The notes beneath the pieces are model-generated. The model was not told the DNA's origin, searched no databases, and was given only the letters and a program-made list of their open reading frames with translations. From Eledone cirrhosa (lineage: Eukaryota), in contig OZ024763.1 of NCBI GenBank assembly GCA_964016885.1, positions 4,402,001 through 4,466,000 on the forward strand: 64,000 nucleotides of DNA, written 5' to 3'. Position numbers and translations under genes: made by a program. The stretch's first letter is position 1, and each line of letters opens with the position of its first letter. Below, one piece after another: positions 40,632 through 53,485 of this stretch.

Positions 40632-41240
40632 GTCAGGTCACCAGTTGGTGCTACTGGTAACATGTATTCCAGTACAACCTGTCCCATGGTCGGGTCGTTG
40701 GCGACTAAACTGGCAACCCCACCAAGGTTTCTTGGTGAGGAGGGTGACTTTGGACATCCTGCAGGACTAAAAATAAAACCTGTCAAAAGGCAAAGGAGCT
40801 CTTAAGAGTCAATGGCCATCCAAAATCACCGGGAGAGATGACCCCTTAGCCTTTGTCAAGGCAGAATTCTAGGAGAAGGAAAACTCTGATATAACACCTG
40901 CAACCCTGATGGTATCCAATGATGTTGACTTGTTCTTCTTTTTGGTAAATATCATCTTGGTTAAGAGAGTGGGACTGGCTTTGTGCAGTGCCTTTGCTCA
41001 CTATAAAAGCTTCACGGCACAGGCATTGCTTTATATCTGGAGATCTCTCTGCATTTGTCGTCACATGGTACCATGGGCCCAGCACTATGTGTCAATAATT
41101 GTCACAAGTGTAGTGTTTGTACCAGAGCTTTCAAGTCGCTGGCTGGACTAAAAAGTCACACTCGTTCAGCGCATCAGTAGGGGTTCTCCTACATGGATAT
41201 AAAGTAGTGGCCGTACTCGAAAACGAGTTGGCAGCCACCA
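40632..41240 (+). mobile_element. Non-autonomous bipartite RTE derivative (SINE-like)
   Basis: RTE 5'-UTR-like motif CTAGGAGAAGGAAAACTCTGA, decayed last zinc finger, terminal GGCCGTACTCGAAAACGAGTTGGCAGCCACC and (ATGT)n-type tail. Confidence 0.75.
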
Positions 41241-41325
41241 TGTGTATATATATATATATATATGTATGTTTGTGTATATATATATGTATGTATGTGTATG
41301 TGTATATATATATATATGTATGTAT

Positions 41326-41357
<32 letters not shown>

Positions 41358-41666
41358 TTGTGAATATATATATATATATGTATGTTTGTGTATATATATA
41401 TGTTTGTGTATATATATATATATATATGTATGTTTGTGTATATATATATATATGTATGTTTGTGTATATATATATATATGTATGTTTGTGTATATATATA
41501 TATATATGTATGTTTGTGTATATATATATATATGTATGTTTGTGTATATATATATATGTATGTTTGTGTATATATATATATATATGTATGTTTGTGTATA
41601 TATATATATGTATGTTTGTGTATATATATGTATACATGTATGTATGTATATATATTTGATGGTATG

Positions 41667-41715
<49 letters not shown>

Positions 41716-42421
41716 GTATGTATATATATATGTATGTATATATATATATATATATATGTATGTATATATATATGTATGTATATATATATATATGTATATA
41801 TATATGTATGTATGTATATATATATATGTATATATATATGTATGTATATATATATATGTATATATATATGTATGTATGTATATATATATATGTATGTATG
41901 TATGTATATATATATATGTATGTATGTATATATATATATGTATGTATGTATATATATATATGTATGTATGTATATATATATATGTATGTATGTATATATA
42001 TATATGTATGTATATATATATATGTATGTATGTATATATATATATGTTTGTGTATGTATATATATATATGTTTGTGTATATATATATATATATGTTTGTG
42101 TATATATATATATATATGTTTGTGTATATATATACATGTATGTATGTATGTATGTATATATATATATGTTTGTGTATATATATACATGTATGTATGTATA
42201 TGTATATATATGTATGTTTGTGTATATATATATACATGCATATGTATATATATAATTCAACCTGAATCATATGGGATTTTACAAGATTTCTTACAAGATT
42301 TCTCATACATACCATATAAATAACCATTTCATCTCCCGGACAGACTAAAGATTTAATCCCATATGATTTATATATATATATATTATGTGTTTACTTCTAC
42401 AAATATTAATATATATATATG

Positions 42422-42472
<51 letters not shown>

Positions 42473-42669
42473 TTGTGTATATGTATGTGTGTATGTATGT
42501 ATATATATATATACACATACATGCCTGTATGTATATATATATGTGTGTGTATGTATATATATATATATATGCATGTATGTGTATATATGTGTATATGTAT
42601 GTGTGTGTGTGTACATATATATATATATATATATACATGCATGTATGTATATATATATGTATGTGTGTG

Positions 42670-42706
<37 letters not shown>

Positions 42707-42768
42707 GCATATATATATATATATGTGTATGTTTGTGTATATGTATGTGTGTATATATATATTTTTTC

Positions 42769-42806
<38 letters not shown>
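41241..42806. repeat. (TA)n/(TATG)n/(TG)n compound microsatellite
   Basis: Direct inspection. Confidence 0.95.
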
Positions 42807-42808
<2 letters not shown>

Positions 42809-43566
42809 AGAACTGTGGAATAGATTTAGCAAATAAATAATTTTCGCTTTGTTTCTTTATTCATATTTTATACATTGAAAAAAAGAAAGAAAATATTTCT
42901 TCTTAGTAACTGTGTTATGAAAGAAATGAACGAAAACTGTATTTTTGTTTACACTGTTAGTTTTTCTTTTTTATATATAAATATACACACTCCATCAAAT
43001 AATAATCCAGAGAAAAATAAAGAAAACAAACCCATACCACACAGTCAAAGAATATATACACAGCAGCAATAACAACATTATTTTGATAACGTTTAGCACT
43101 GAGTCGGTCGTACGCCATTAACAAATTTTTTCTCGTTTTTATTATATAATCCAGTAGTAGAAGAAGAAAGAAAATCTGTATTTGCTCAGCAAGACCTAAG
43201 TGGCATTGATAGGAAGGCAGGCTGTAGATGAATTTATAGAATTGTTGTTTACCAGGAATAGAAATTATATGTGGCTGTATATATATATGGGTATGTGTAT
43301 AAATATGTGTATATATCTATGTATGTATATATATATTATACATATATGTATATAAGTATATGTACATATATATGTGGCTATTTTTATACATATGCATACA
43401 TGTGTATATAAGTGCGTGTGCGTGCATATACACACACATATATATTTATTATTATTACTATATATATATATATAGGTATGTGTGGGTGTCTATGCGCGCA
43501 TATGAGTGAGTGTATGTATAGTAAAAATACAGCTCTTGGTAACACAACGACAGACTATTATATAAA

Positions 43567-43676
43567 TAATTGTTTCTACTTTAGGCACAAGGCCAGCAAT
43601 TACCCAGTACATTACTGGTACTTTATTTTATCGACCCCGTAAGGATGAAAGGCAAAGTCAACCTCGGCGGGATTCT
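43567..43676 (-). mobile_element. SINE family A 3' half
   Basis: Reverse complement of core and tail. Confidence 0.8.
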
Positions 43677-43730
43677 GTAAGGAAAATCAAGCCAACACAA
43701 CGCAGAGATAAAAAATAACGTATACATAAA

Positions 43731-44180
43731 TGTAGTGACAGTAGTAGTAGTAGTAATAGCAGTTGTAGTAATAGTAGTGGTAGTAGTAGCAGTAGTAGTA
43801 GCAGCAGTAGTAGTAGTAGTAATAGTAGTAGTTGAAGTAGTAGTGATAGTAGTAGTAGCAGCAGTAGTAGTAGTAGTAGCAGCAGTAGTAGTAATAGTGG
43901 TAGTAGCAGTAGTAGTAGTAGCAGTAGTAGTAGTAGTAGTAGCAGCAGTAGTAGTAGTAGTAGTAGTAGCAGTAGTAGTAGTAGTAGTAGCAGTAGTAGT
44001 AGTAGTAGTGGTAGTAGCAGTAGTAGTAGTAGTGATAGTAGTTGTAGTAATAGTAGTGGTAGTAGTAGCAGTAGCAGTAGTAGTAGCAGCAGTAGTAGTA
44101 GTAGTAATAGTAGTAGTTGAAGTAGTAGTGATAGTAGTAGCAGTAGTAGTAGCAGCAGTAGTAGTAATAGTGGTAGTAGC

Positions 44181-44212
<32 letters not shown>

Positions 44213-44474
44213 CAGCAGTAGTAGTAGTAGTAATAGTAGTAGTTGAAGTAGTAGTGATAGTAGTAGCAGTAGTAGTAGTAGTAGCAGCAGTAGTAGTAAT
44301 AGTGGTAGTAGTAGTAGTAGTAGCAGTACTAGTAGTAGTAGCAGTACTAGTAGTAGTAGTAGTTGAAGTAGTAGTGGTAGTAGCAGTAGTAGTAGTAGTA
44401 GTGATAGTAGTAATAATAACAGTAGTAGTTGTAGTATCCGTAGTGGTAGTAGTAGTAGTGGTGGTAGTAGTAGT
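43731..44474. repeat. (GTA)n-derived trinucleotide tract
   Basis: Direct inspection. Confidence 0.95.
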
Positions 44475-45287
44475 TTCTAATTTAGGCAAAGACCAGTAAT
44501 TTGGGTGAGAGGAAAAGTCAATTAAATCAACCCAAGTACTCGTCTTTGTTTTATTTTATCCCAAATAAAGATGAAAGGCGGAGTTGACTTAGGCAGAATT
44601 TAAACAAATATCCCGAAGCATTTTCCCTGGCGCTCTACCGATTCTGCCAACCCACCACAAATTTTAATAATAATAACAATAATAATTGTTTCTACTTTTG
44701 GCACAAGGCCAGCAATTACCCCAGTACATTACTGGTACTTTATTTTATCGACCCCCGTAAGGATGAAAGGCAAAGTTAACCTCGGCGGGATTTGAACTCA
44801 GAATGGCAAGGGCCACAACTCTATGCGTCAAAGTATGGTGTCCGACCCTCTACCGATACTGCCAATTCACTATTATATATAATTGTTTCTACTTTAGGCA
44901 CAAGGCCAGCAATTACCCCAGTGCATTACTGGTACTTTATTTTATCGACCTCGTAAGGATGAAAGGCAAAGCTAACCTCGGCAGGATTTGAACTCAGAAC
45001 GTAAAGGGCTATAACTCTATGCTGGAAAGCATTGCGTCCGACCCTTTACCGATACTGTGATAATAATTGTTTCTACTTTTGGCACAAGGCCAGCAATTAC
45101 CCCAGTGCATTACTGGTACTTTATTTTATCGACCCCGTTAGGATGAAAGACAAAGTTAACCTCGGCGGCATTTGAACTCAGAATGGAAAGGGCCGTAACT
45201 CTATGCGTTATGGCCCTTTCCCGCCAAGGTGATAATAATTGTTTCTACTTTTGGCACAAGGCCAGCAATTACCCAGTACATTACTGG
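44474..45287 (-). mobile_element. Head-to-tail cluster of five SINE family A copies or fragments
   Basis: Repeated AATTGTTTCTACTTT.GGCACAAGGCCAGC starts at about 44684, 44880, 45064 and 45236, plus an older copy at 44474-44660. Confidence 0.85.
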
Positions 45288-45483
45288 ATAATAATAATAA
45301 TGAACAGTCATTCTCGTGGCTGAGCAGCATACTAGCTTAGGGGTCAAGAGTCAGTGTTGACCCTCTGTTGCTGGAACTACGGAATGGCCAGCGGACAACC
45401 TAAATACTGAACTTATTCTGCGAACACCATCTTATCTGTTTAGGGCTCAGTGTGGTACAAGAGAAGAAACATTTTATGTAAAA

Positions 45484-45850
45484 TTAAGCTCTTCAGTGCC
45501 GTAGACGAGATAACTCGTCCTAACATGTATACATTCCAGTGCCACAGACGAGATAACTCATCCTAAAATGTATGCATTCCAGTGCCACGGACTAGATAAC
45601 TCGTCCTAACATGTTTGAACTTCTTTCCAAATCATAACTTCAAAGCTATGAACTCGTTTCCAACAGTTCATAACTTCAGAGTTATGAACTCGTTTCCAAC
45701 AGTTCATAACTTCAAAGCTAGATGGGGTTACTAGTTTATTGATGTGATGTTTGTCAATGAAGATAGTCATTCTATTGAAGAAAAAAAACACAAAAAACCC
45801 GACACAGCAACTGTTGCTGTGTAAAATATATGGGGCAGTCAACAGGTTAA
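45484..45850. mobile_element. Possible degenerate piggyBac-type MITE with internal short repeats
   Basis: TTAA-GCTCTTCAGTGCC ... GGCAGTCAACAGG-TTAA; three internal CAGTGCC..GACGAGATAACTCGTCCTAA units. Confidence 0.4.
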
Positions 45851-45862
45851 TAGAAGTTTTGT

Positions 45863-48258
45863 TGTCTAGCAGTATATAGCTGTGTTGTGTGTTGGTGTCT
45901 AGCAGTATATAGCTGTGTTGTTTGTTGCCTGTCTAGCAGTATATAGCTGTGTTGTTTGTTGCCTGTCTAGCAGTATATAGCTGTGTTGTTTGTTGCCTGT
46001 CTAGCAGTATATAGCTGTGTTGTTTGTTGCCTGTCTAGCAGTATATAGCTGTGTTGTTTGTTGCCTGTCTAGCAGTATATAGCTGTGTTGTTTGTTGCCT
46101 GTCTAGCAGTATATAGCTGTGTTGTTTGTTGCCTGTCTAGCAGTATATAGCTGTGTTGTTTGTTGCCTGTCTAGCAGTATATAGCTGTGTTGTTTGTTGC
46201 CTGTCTAGCAGTATATAGCTGTGTTGTTTGTTGGTGTCTAGCAGTATATAGCTGTGTTGTTTGTTGCCTGTCTAGCAGTATATAGCTGTGTTGTTTGTTG
46301 GTGTCTAGCAGTATATAGCTGTGTTGTTTGTTGGTGTCTAGCAGTATATAGCTGTGTTGTGTGTTGGTGTCTAGCAGTATATAGCTGTGTTGTTTGTTGC
46401 CTGTCTAGCAGTATATAGCTGTGTTGTTTGTTGGTGTCTAGCAGTATATAGCTGTGTTGTTTGTTGGTGTCTAGCAGTATATAGCTGTGTTGTTTGTTGG
46501 TGTCTAGCAGTATATAGCTGTGTTGTTTGTTGCCTGTCTAGCAGTATATAGCTGTGTTGTTTGTTGCCTGTCTAGCAGTATATAGCTGTGTTGTTTGTTG
46601 CCTGTCTAGCAGTATATAGCTGTGTTGTTTGTTGGTGTCTAGCAGTATATAGCTGTGTTGTTTGTTGGTGTCTAGCAGTATATAGCTGTGTTGTTTGTTG
46701 GTGTCTAGCAGTATATAGCTGTGTTGTTTGTTGCCTGTCTAGCAGTATATAGCTGTGTTGTTTGTTGGTGTCTAGCAGTATATAGCTGTGTTGTTTGTTG
46801 GTGTCTAGCAGTATATAGCTGTGTTGTTTGTTGCCTGTCTAGCAGTATATAGCTGTGTTGTTTGTTGCCTGTCTAGCAGTATATAGCTGTGTTGTTTGTT
46901 GGTGTCTAGCAGTATATAGCTGTGTTGTTTGTTGCCTGTCTAGCAGTATATAGCTGTGTTGTTTGTTGGTGTCTAGCAGTATATAGCTGTGTTGTTTGTT
47001 GCCTGTCTAGCAGTATATAGCTGTGTTGTTTGTTGGTGTCTAGCAGTATATAGCTGTGTTGTTTGTTGCCTGTCTAGCAGTATATAGCTGTGTTGTTTGT
47101 TGGTGTCTAGCAGTATATAGCTGTGTTGTTTGTTGCCTGTCTAGCAGTATATAGCTGTGTTGTTTGTTGGTGTCTAGCAGTATATAGCTGTGTTGTTTGT
47201 TGCCTGTCTAGCAGTATATAGCTGTGTTGTTTGTTGGTGTCTAGCAGTATATAGCTGTGTTGTTTGTTGCCTGTCTAGCAGTATATAGCTGTGTTGTTTG
47301 TTGGTGTCTAGCAGTATATAGCTGTGTTGTTTGTTGCCTGTCTAGCAGTATATAGCTGTGTTGTTTGTTGGTGTCTAGCAGTATATAGCTGTGTTGTTTG
47401 TTGGTGTCTAGCAGTATATAGCTGTGTTGTTTGTTGCCTGTCTAGCAGTATATAGCTGTGTTGTTTGTTGCCTGTCTAGCAGTATATAGCTGTGTTGTTT
47501 GTTGGTGTCTAGCAGTATATAGCTGTGTTGTTTGTTGCCTGTCTAGCAGTATATAGCTGTGTTGTTTGTTGGTGTCTAGCAGTATATAGCTGTGTTGTTT
47601 GTTGCCTGTCTAGCAGTATATAGCTGTGTTGTTTGTTGGTGTCTAGCAGTATATAGCTGTGTTGTTTGTTGCCTGTCTAGCAGTATATAGCTGTGTTGTT
47701 TGTTGGTGTCTAGCAGTATATAGCTGTGTTGTTTGTTGCCTGTCTAGCAGTATATAGCTGTGTTGTTTGTTGGTGTCTAGCAGTATATAGCTGTGTTGTT
47801 TGTTGCCTGTCTAGCAGTATATAGCTGTGTTGTTTGTTGGTGTCTAGCAGTATATAGCTGTGTTGTTTGTTGCCTGTCTAGCAGTATATAGCTGTGTTGT
47901 TTGTTGGTGTCTAGCAGTATATAGCTGTGTTGTTTGTTGCCTGTCTAGCAGTATATAGCTGTGTTGTTTGTTGCCTGTCTAGCAGTATATAGCTGTGTTG
48001 TTTGTTGGTGTCTAGCAGTATATAGCTGTGTTGTTTGTTGCCTGTCTAGCAGTATATAGCTGTGTTGTTTGTTGGTGTCTAGCAGTATATAGCTGTGTTG
48101 TTTGTTGCCTGTCTAGCAGTATATAGCTGTGTTGTTTGTTGGTGTCTAGCAGTATATAGCTGTGTTGTTTGTTGCCTGTCTAGCAGTATATAGCTGTGTT
48201 GTTTGTTGGTGTCTAGCAGTATATAGCTGTGTTGTTTGTTGCCTGTCTAGCAGTATAT
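45863..48258. repeat. 33/34-bp minisatellite GTCTAGCAGTATATAGCTGTGTTGTTTGTT(GCCT/GGT), about 70 copies
   Basis: Highly homogeneous tandem array with two variants. Confidence 0.97.
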
Positions 48259-48399
48259 AAACGTTTGTCCAGCAGTCTATACCTAAAACACATACTCTCT
48301 TTTCCCCCTTGTCTTTCCCTCTGTCTGCCTCTCTATATATATGTGTGTATGTATAAAGCTGTTTGGTTTTCCAACCGTGTGTATATAGGTGTTTAGTTA

Positions 48400-48440
<41 letters not shown>

Positions 48441-48445
48441 ATATC

Positions 48446-48502
<57 letters not shown>

Positions 48503-48587
48503 GCTGGCTGGTTGGTTAGCTAACTGTGTATATATATATATACAGTTAGTTAACCAACCAACCATATATATATATATATGTATATAT

Positions 48588-48770
48588 ACCCTGGATTCAA
48601 TCAGGGGTAACCGCAGTAAGTAAGGTACTCAATACATAGCAGAGTATAACTATTTAATATAGAAATGGCTTCTACAGGACTAGAACTGTTTCATTCGAAG
48701 GAAATCATCAGGTCAGCCCTGATTTCCTTCGAATGAAACAGTCCTAGTCCTGTAGAAGCCATTTCTATAT

Positions 48771-48801
<31 letters not shown>

Positions 48802-49000
48802 GACGAAGGAAGTGTGGTAAGGAACCAGGTGGACCATAACGCACCAGAGTACTCGATACTTAGGGTAGTAGAGTGGGTAATAGGAAAAGAGTCAGAATCC
48901 CGACGGCAGAGCTCAAGCCGTTTCGACAGCTATTTCTGGACTGAGTCCAGAAATAGCTGTCGAAACCGCTTGAGTTCTGCCGTCGGGGTTTTGACTCTTT

Positions 49001-49005
<5 letters not shown>
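48588..49005 (-). mobile_element. Two adjacent fold-back mini-elements separated by (TA)n
   Basis: Inverted repeats 48651-48776 and 48881-49005, each with a one-sided tail on the left. Confidence 0.8.
48667..48718 (-). ncRNA. Hammerhead ribozyme motif with imperfect stem I
   Basis: Minus strand GGCTGAC-CTGATGA-TTTCCTTCGAAT-GAAA-CAG ttctagtc CTG-TA-GAAGCC. Confidence 0.65.
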
Positions 49006-49039
<34 letters not shown>

Positions 49040-49042
<3 letters not shown>

Positions 49043-49092
49043 CTTCCTGAAGATTTCATCTGAATGAAACAGTACTAGTCCTGTAGAAGCTC
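49040..49092 (+). ncRNA. Type-I hammerhead ribozyme motif
   Basis: GAGCTTC-CTGAAGA-tTTC atct GAAt-GAAA-CAG tactagtc CTG-TA-GAAGCTC; begins directly after (TA)n. Confidence 0.85.
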
Positions 49093-49666
49093 CTTCTATA
49101 AAATAAAAATAAAAATATATATATATATGTTTGGTAGCTAACTGTACAGGATGTCCCATATAAGCACGACTACAAATTATGCATATTTCAGTATATTTCT
49201 TTCAAGATATCACAACGTTTGTAGGACCATCATGTCAGCAGGCTCCCCCGCCCCGCCCAGCCTTGCCACACCTTCCACACTGAAAAGCAGTTGAATAAAA
49301 TAAAAAAAAAGGTGTGAAACGTGGAAAATAATAAAATTTCAAATGATTTTTCACATTGGTTCAGGGATATAAATTGTTAGGAGGTGGGGGCTTAGGGTAT
49401 ATAATTGATGGAGTTGACATCGATCCAAGTTCGTACCCAGTACTCTGGTACTTATTGTTTATCTTCTTTGGAGAATAAGGAGGAACCGTAAAAATGAATC
49501 TTGGCAATGTTTGAATACAGAAGAATGTTGTTAGAATTTAAAATTTATAATTTAAATATTTTAAAAAATATTAATGAATTAATAATGTACAATAATATTA
49601 ACAAAATTATCGAAGTATATAACATGATAGGAATTCCAATCTGATTTCGTTTACTTTCCGATCAGT

Positions 49667-50725
49667 TCACACCTGATTGTTATTGCTGTAAGAATCGATT
49701 TTTTGTCTGAGTGGTAGGCCACTCTCATTTTCCGAATGCATGCACAGGCATGCGCAGTAAACATCAAAGAAAGTGTTCCTGAATTTCTGACTCATTGTAC
49801 AGTAGAGCACGAAGTTTATAGCATTGTTCACCAAAGCGATAATATCCATTAGGTCACCGAGAGGCACATAAATGTTCTCAAAGATGTTTGCCGTCGTTAT
49901 ACTCATTACGATTAATATACCCTGGGGCAATTCGGTGACAAGGAACAGAACAATTACCGTCAACAGCATTTTCGTTGTTCGAGAATGTTCTGAAAGTCGT
50001 GTACGATTGGCGCAGGAGATTTGCATCATTTGCTTCCGGCGGCGCGTCTTTTCGTGAATCTTATAGATGAGGAGACCACCAAATATGAAGATAAGCACAC
50101 AAGGTAGTAGCTTGCCTGTTATGGCGTAGAGCCAATAGCTGAGATATATTGTCGTCTGCGAGTCTGAATTAATCAGGCTAACGTCGTCAATCAGAAAAAC
50201 GGTTTGATTGTCGCGCGTCGGTTTCTCTACGATTTTCTTAGTTATAAAACTAGGTGTCATCATTACAATCGAAAAAAAGTATATACTCATTATGAAGATG
50301 CGGGACAGCTTCAGTCTGCGCAGTCGCACGTATTCGCCGCGGGCTGGAGATCTGAGATGAGCGTAACGTATAATGGCAAGGAGTACACACAACCACATGG
50401 ATATGGTGTGTGTTGTGTTGACGAAATTGGAGTGGAAAAGCATAAATATAGTCCAGCTTCTGTTGTTTTTGGTCGGTGTCACCCTCATTGGGTTGTTCAA
50501 GATATAAAAGTGTATGGCAAAGGGCAGATAGGAAACCATGGTGATCATGTCCGAAACGGCCAACCAGGTAAGGATGTTGTTGACCGGAGTTCGCATATTC
50601 TTGCGAGATAGAACAGTGATGTTGAATATGCTGGTAACAATACCGAACACACAGACGCATGTACTCAGGTAACCGTGAAAACCCGCATACCAAGTACCGA
50701 ACGTTAATAACGAAGATGACGCCAT
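49667..50725 (-). CDS. Rhodopsin-family neuropeptide GPCR, myosuppressin receptor / DMSR-1-like (sex-peptide-receptor-related group), single coding exon, 352 aa
   Basis: Seven hydrophobic segments; family motifs NNILTWLAVSD (TM2), HTISMWLCVLLAIIRY (TM3), RTTKMLLTVIVLFLVTELPQG (TM6), GDLMDIIALVNNAINFVLYCTMSQKFR (TM7/helix 8); CAAAATGG start context. Confidence 0.92.
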   Translation of the reverse strand: MASSSLLTFGTWYAGFHGYLSTCVCVFGIVTSIFNITVLSRKNMRTPVNNILTWLAVSDMITMVSYLPFAIHFYILNNPMRVTPTKNNRSWTIFMLFHSNFVNTTHTISMWLCVLLAIIRYAHLRSPARGEYVRLRRLKLSRIFIMSIYFFSIVMMTPSFITKKIVEKPTRDNQTVFLIDDVSLINSDSQTTIYLSYWLYAITGKLLPCVLIFIFGGLLIYKIHEKTRRRKQMMQISCANRTRLSEHSRTTKMLLTVIVLFLVTELPQGILIVMSITTANIFENIYVPLGDLMDIIALVNNAINFVLYCTMSQKFRNTFFDVYCACLCMHSENESGLPLRQKIDSYSNNNQV

Positions 50726-50983
50726 TTTGGTTGGCCTTTTAGTTTTGTGTCCTATGTTCCTAGGTTTTCCTGTTTCTTTTCTTTTATATATATCTTATAT
50801 AATATATGTATATTATATGTAGGATATATATATATATATACTATATCATATAATGTATATGATATATATATGTATATACATATATAAGTATTTGTGTGTG
50901 TGTGTGTGTGAGTGTTATATAATATATATTATACAATGTGTTACATATATATATAAACACACATATATACATATATGTGTGTG

Positions 50984-51033
<50 letters not shown>

Positions 51034-51646
51034 GTTATATAAGTGTGTAGGTGTGTTTGTATGTGTGTGTGGTGTTCACGTACTTTGAACTGTATGTGTA
51101 TGTTGTGTTCTCTGTCATGTGTGTACGTGTGTAACTTGTTTTCTTTAGGCAATATTTTGACTGAAAGTTGGTTTATGCATTGTTCTTGAGTTAAACTAAT
51201 AATGTTCAGACATTTGGGAATTTTTTAAATTTATTTTTCTATTTAGTTCCATGATTTTGAATGTTTTTTTTTCTTTCTTTCACACTCTCTCTATTTCTCT
51301 TTTCACCCCCTCTCTCTCTTTCATTCTCCCTCTTTTTCTCTTTATCACTCTCGCAATTTCTCCCTCTTTTACTTTTTTCGGTTCCTCATTCTACTCTGTC
51401 AAAATCATCCCCTATTGCTGTTATTGCAGCTTTGAAGTATTTTTACTTTTACTGCTGATGTTATTGTTCTTGTTGTTGTTGTTGCTGCTGTTATTATTCT
51501 TGTTAGGACTGGTGTCAATATTCTTTCTTTCTGGTCCATCAAATTATACACTCTCTTTTACTCTCTCTTTCACACACACACACACATATTCTCACACTCT
51601 TTTACTCATCCCCTCACTTCTTCTTCTTCTTCTTCTTCTCTCTCTC

Positions 51647-51698
<52 letters not shown>

Positions 51699-52099
51699 GC
51701 TTAGTCTGTTGTCTGTGTGTCTTTGTCTCTGTAGGATTCTATTTCATCTGTTCTTTACAACAGGATTCCAGTAATTGAGTCACTGCAAAATAAATGAAAT
51801 GAAACTGTAAACAAAATAGGCAATAACACGGTATAACGGTATAGATACATATATGGGTAGGGATATACTCAATAAAATCTTTAAAATAGTAGGCTATGTG
51901 CCGTATATAGCAGTACATATAGTACACGTGTGATATTCTGTATCAATGCTGTATTTTGTCACAGGCATTTGCATAATTATTTTGCTGTCATTCTTGCGAG
52001 CTTATAATACAGGCATCGAACTGCTTAATCCACAAAAGATTTTCTCCAGAGGAGAAGAGTGGCAATGATCAAACAATCACTCTATAGTCCCGACTTAAA

Positions 52100-52370
52100 T
52101 TTGCGCAATCGTTGGGTGTTAAAGTTATTAAAGCAACATCTTTGAAAATTTGTTTTCGCTTCATTAGAAGATGTGGTAGATGTATCGCTGCGTTGATTTC
52201 GACAATCGCCGAAGGAATGGTTCGAGAAAGAGTTAAATGCTTTGTATAAGCACTGTAAAGATGTTATTGCATTCCATGGAGATTGTTTTGCAGAATAAAT
52301 AAATTTTAGTTTCAATATGTTGTGAATTTTCATTTAAAGGGTTATTCTAAAGACTTTATTGCCACGCCAA

Positions 52371-52372
<2 letters not shown>
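52100..52372 (+). mobile_element. Mariner transposase C-terminal relic with probable right end
   Basis: LKQHL*KFVFASLEDVVDVSLR*FRQSPKEWFEKELNALYKHCKDVIAFHGDCFAE*; ends at TA. Confidence 0.65.
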
Positions 52373-52401
<29 letters not shown>

Positions 52402-52406
<5 letters not shown>

Positions 52407-52586
52407 GTTTCTACCTTTGGCACAAGGCCAGCAATTACCCAGTACATTACTGGTACTTTATTTTATCGACCCCGCAAGGATGAAAGGCAAAGTCAACCTC
52501 GGCGGGATTTGAACTCAGATCGAAAAGGGACGTAACTATGCTGGAAAGCATGGCGTCCGACCCTCTACCGATACTGCCAATCCACC
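52402..52586 (-). mobile_element. SINE family A copy
   Basis: Full-length reverse-complement match. Confidence 0.88.
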
Positions 52587-52729
52587 ATATATAATGAAAA
52601 AATTCAGGACCCCAACGGCTGAGCTCCGGTCGTTTCGACAACTAGATCCGAACTAAAGGGCCAGTATTCGAAGGCGGGAATCTAGCTGAACTTATCAATA
52701 TATGGGCAGACAGTCAAAGCAAAAAATAG

Positions 52730-52760
<31 letters not shown>

Positions 52761-53290
52761 ATTGAGCCCAGTAAAATAAAAATAAAAACATACAGACACA
52801 TCCTTGAGACAAAGTAAACTAAAATTCATTGAAAAAGAAACAAACTAAATGAACCACCCATCAAAAAAAAAAAAAAGCCTTCTCATACAGACTGTCTCCA
52901 TGGATGAAATAATGAGTAGCTCGTTAACTAGGGCCTCTGCCCCTTACAAATCATCCTCAGGAAATATACCAAACAGACATCTCGTTTCTTTCAAAAAGCA
53001 AGGAGAGGTATAAGAACGTTCTCGTTGAGGATACACAGTCTTTCGTGACATATCCCTGCCATACATAATTAATGCTAGGGAGACATCAAACTCTCAATCA
53101 TTCAAATTACAAACCACAGAAACATCATTATTCTCCTTTGATGGTGTTCGTGGTTTGCTTTACAATATTTATATTCATTATTGCTATTGTTACAATAAAT
53201 AAAAAAATAAAAAAATAAATAAAATAAATAAATAAATAAATAAATAAATAAAAAATAAAGAAAGAAATCATTATTACTATTATTTTTTAA

Positions 53291-53485
53291 GGGCGGTGGG
53301 TTGGCAGTATCGGTAAAGGGTCGGACGCCATGCTTTGCCGCATAGAGTTACGGCCCTTTATGATCTGAGTTCAAATCCCGCCGAGGTTAACTTTGCCTTT
53401 CATCCTTGCGGGGGGTTCGATAAAATAAAGTAGCAGTAATGTACTGAGTAATTGCTGGCCTTGTGCCTAAAGTAGAAACAATTAT
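53291..53485 (+). mobile_element. SINE family A copy
   Basis: Full-length match; flanked by a long direct duplication (see findings). Confidence 0.88.

Noticed and set aside
41131-44499. Long YI/HT/CV, poly-Thr and poly-Val ORFs (also 15919-18942, 25387-26268, 30381-32511, 61399-63999)
   Set aside because: Translations of simple repeats lacking stop codons
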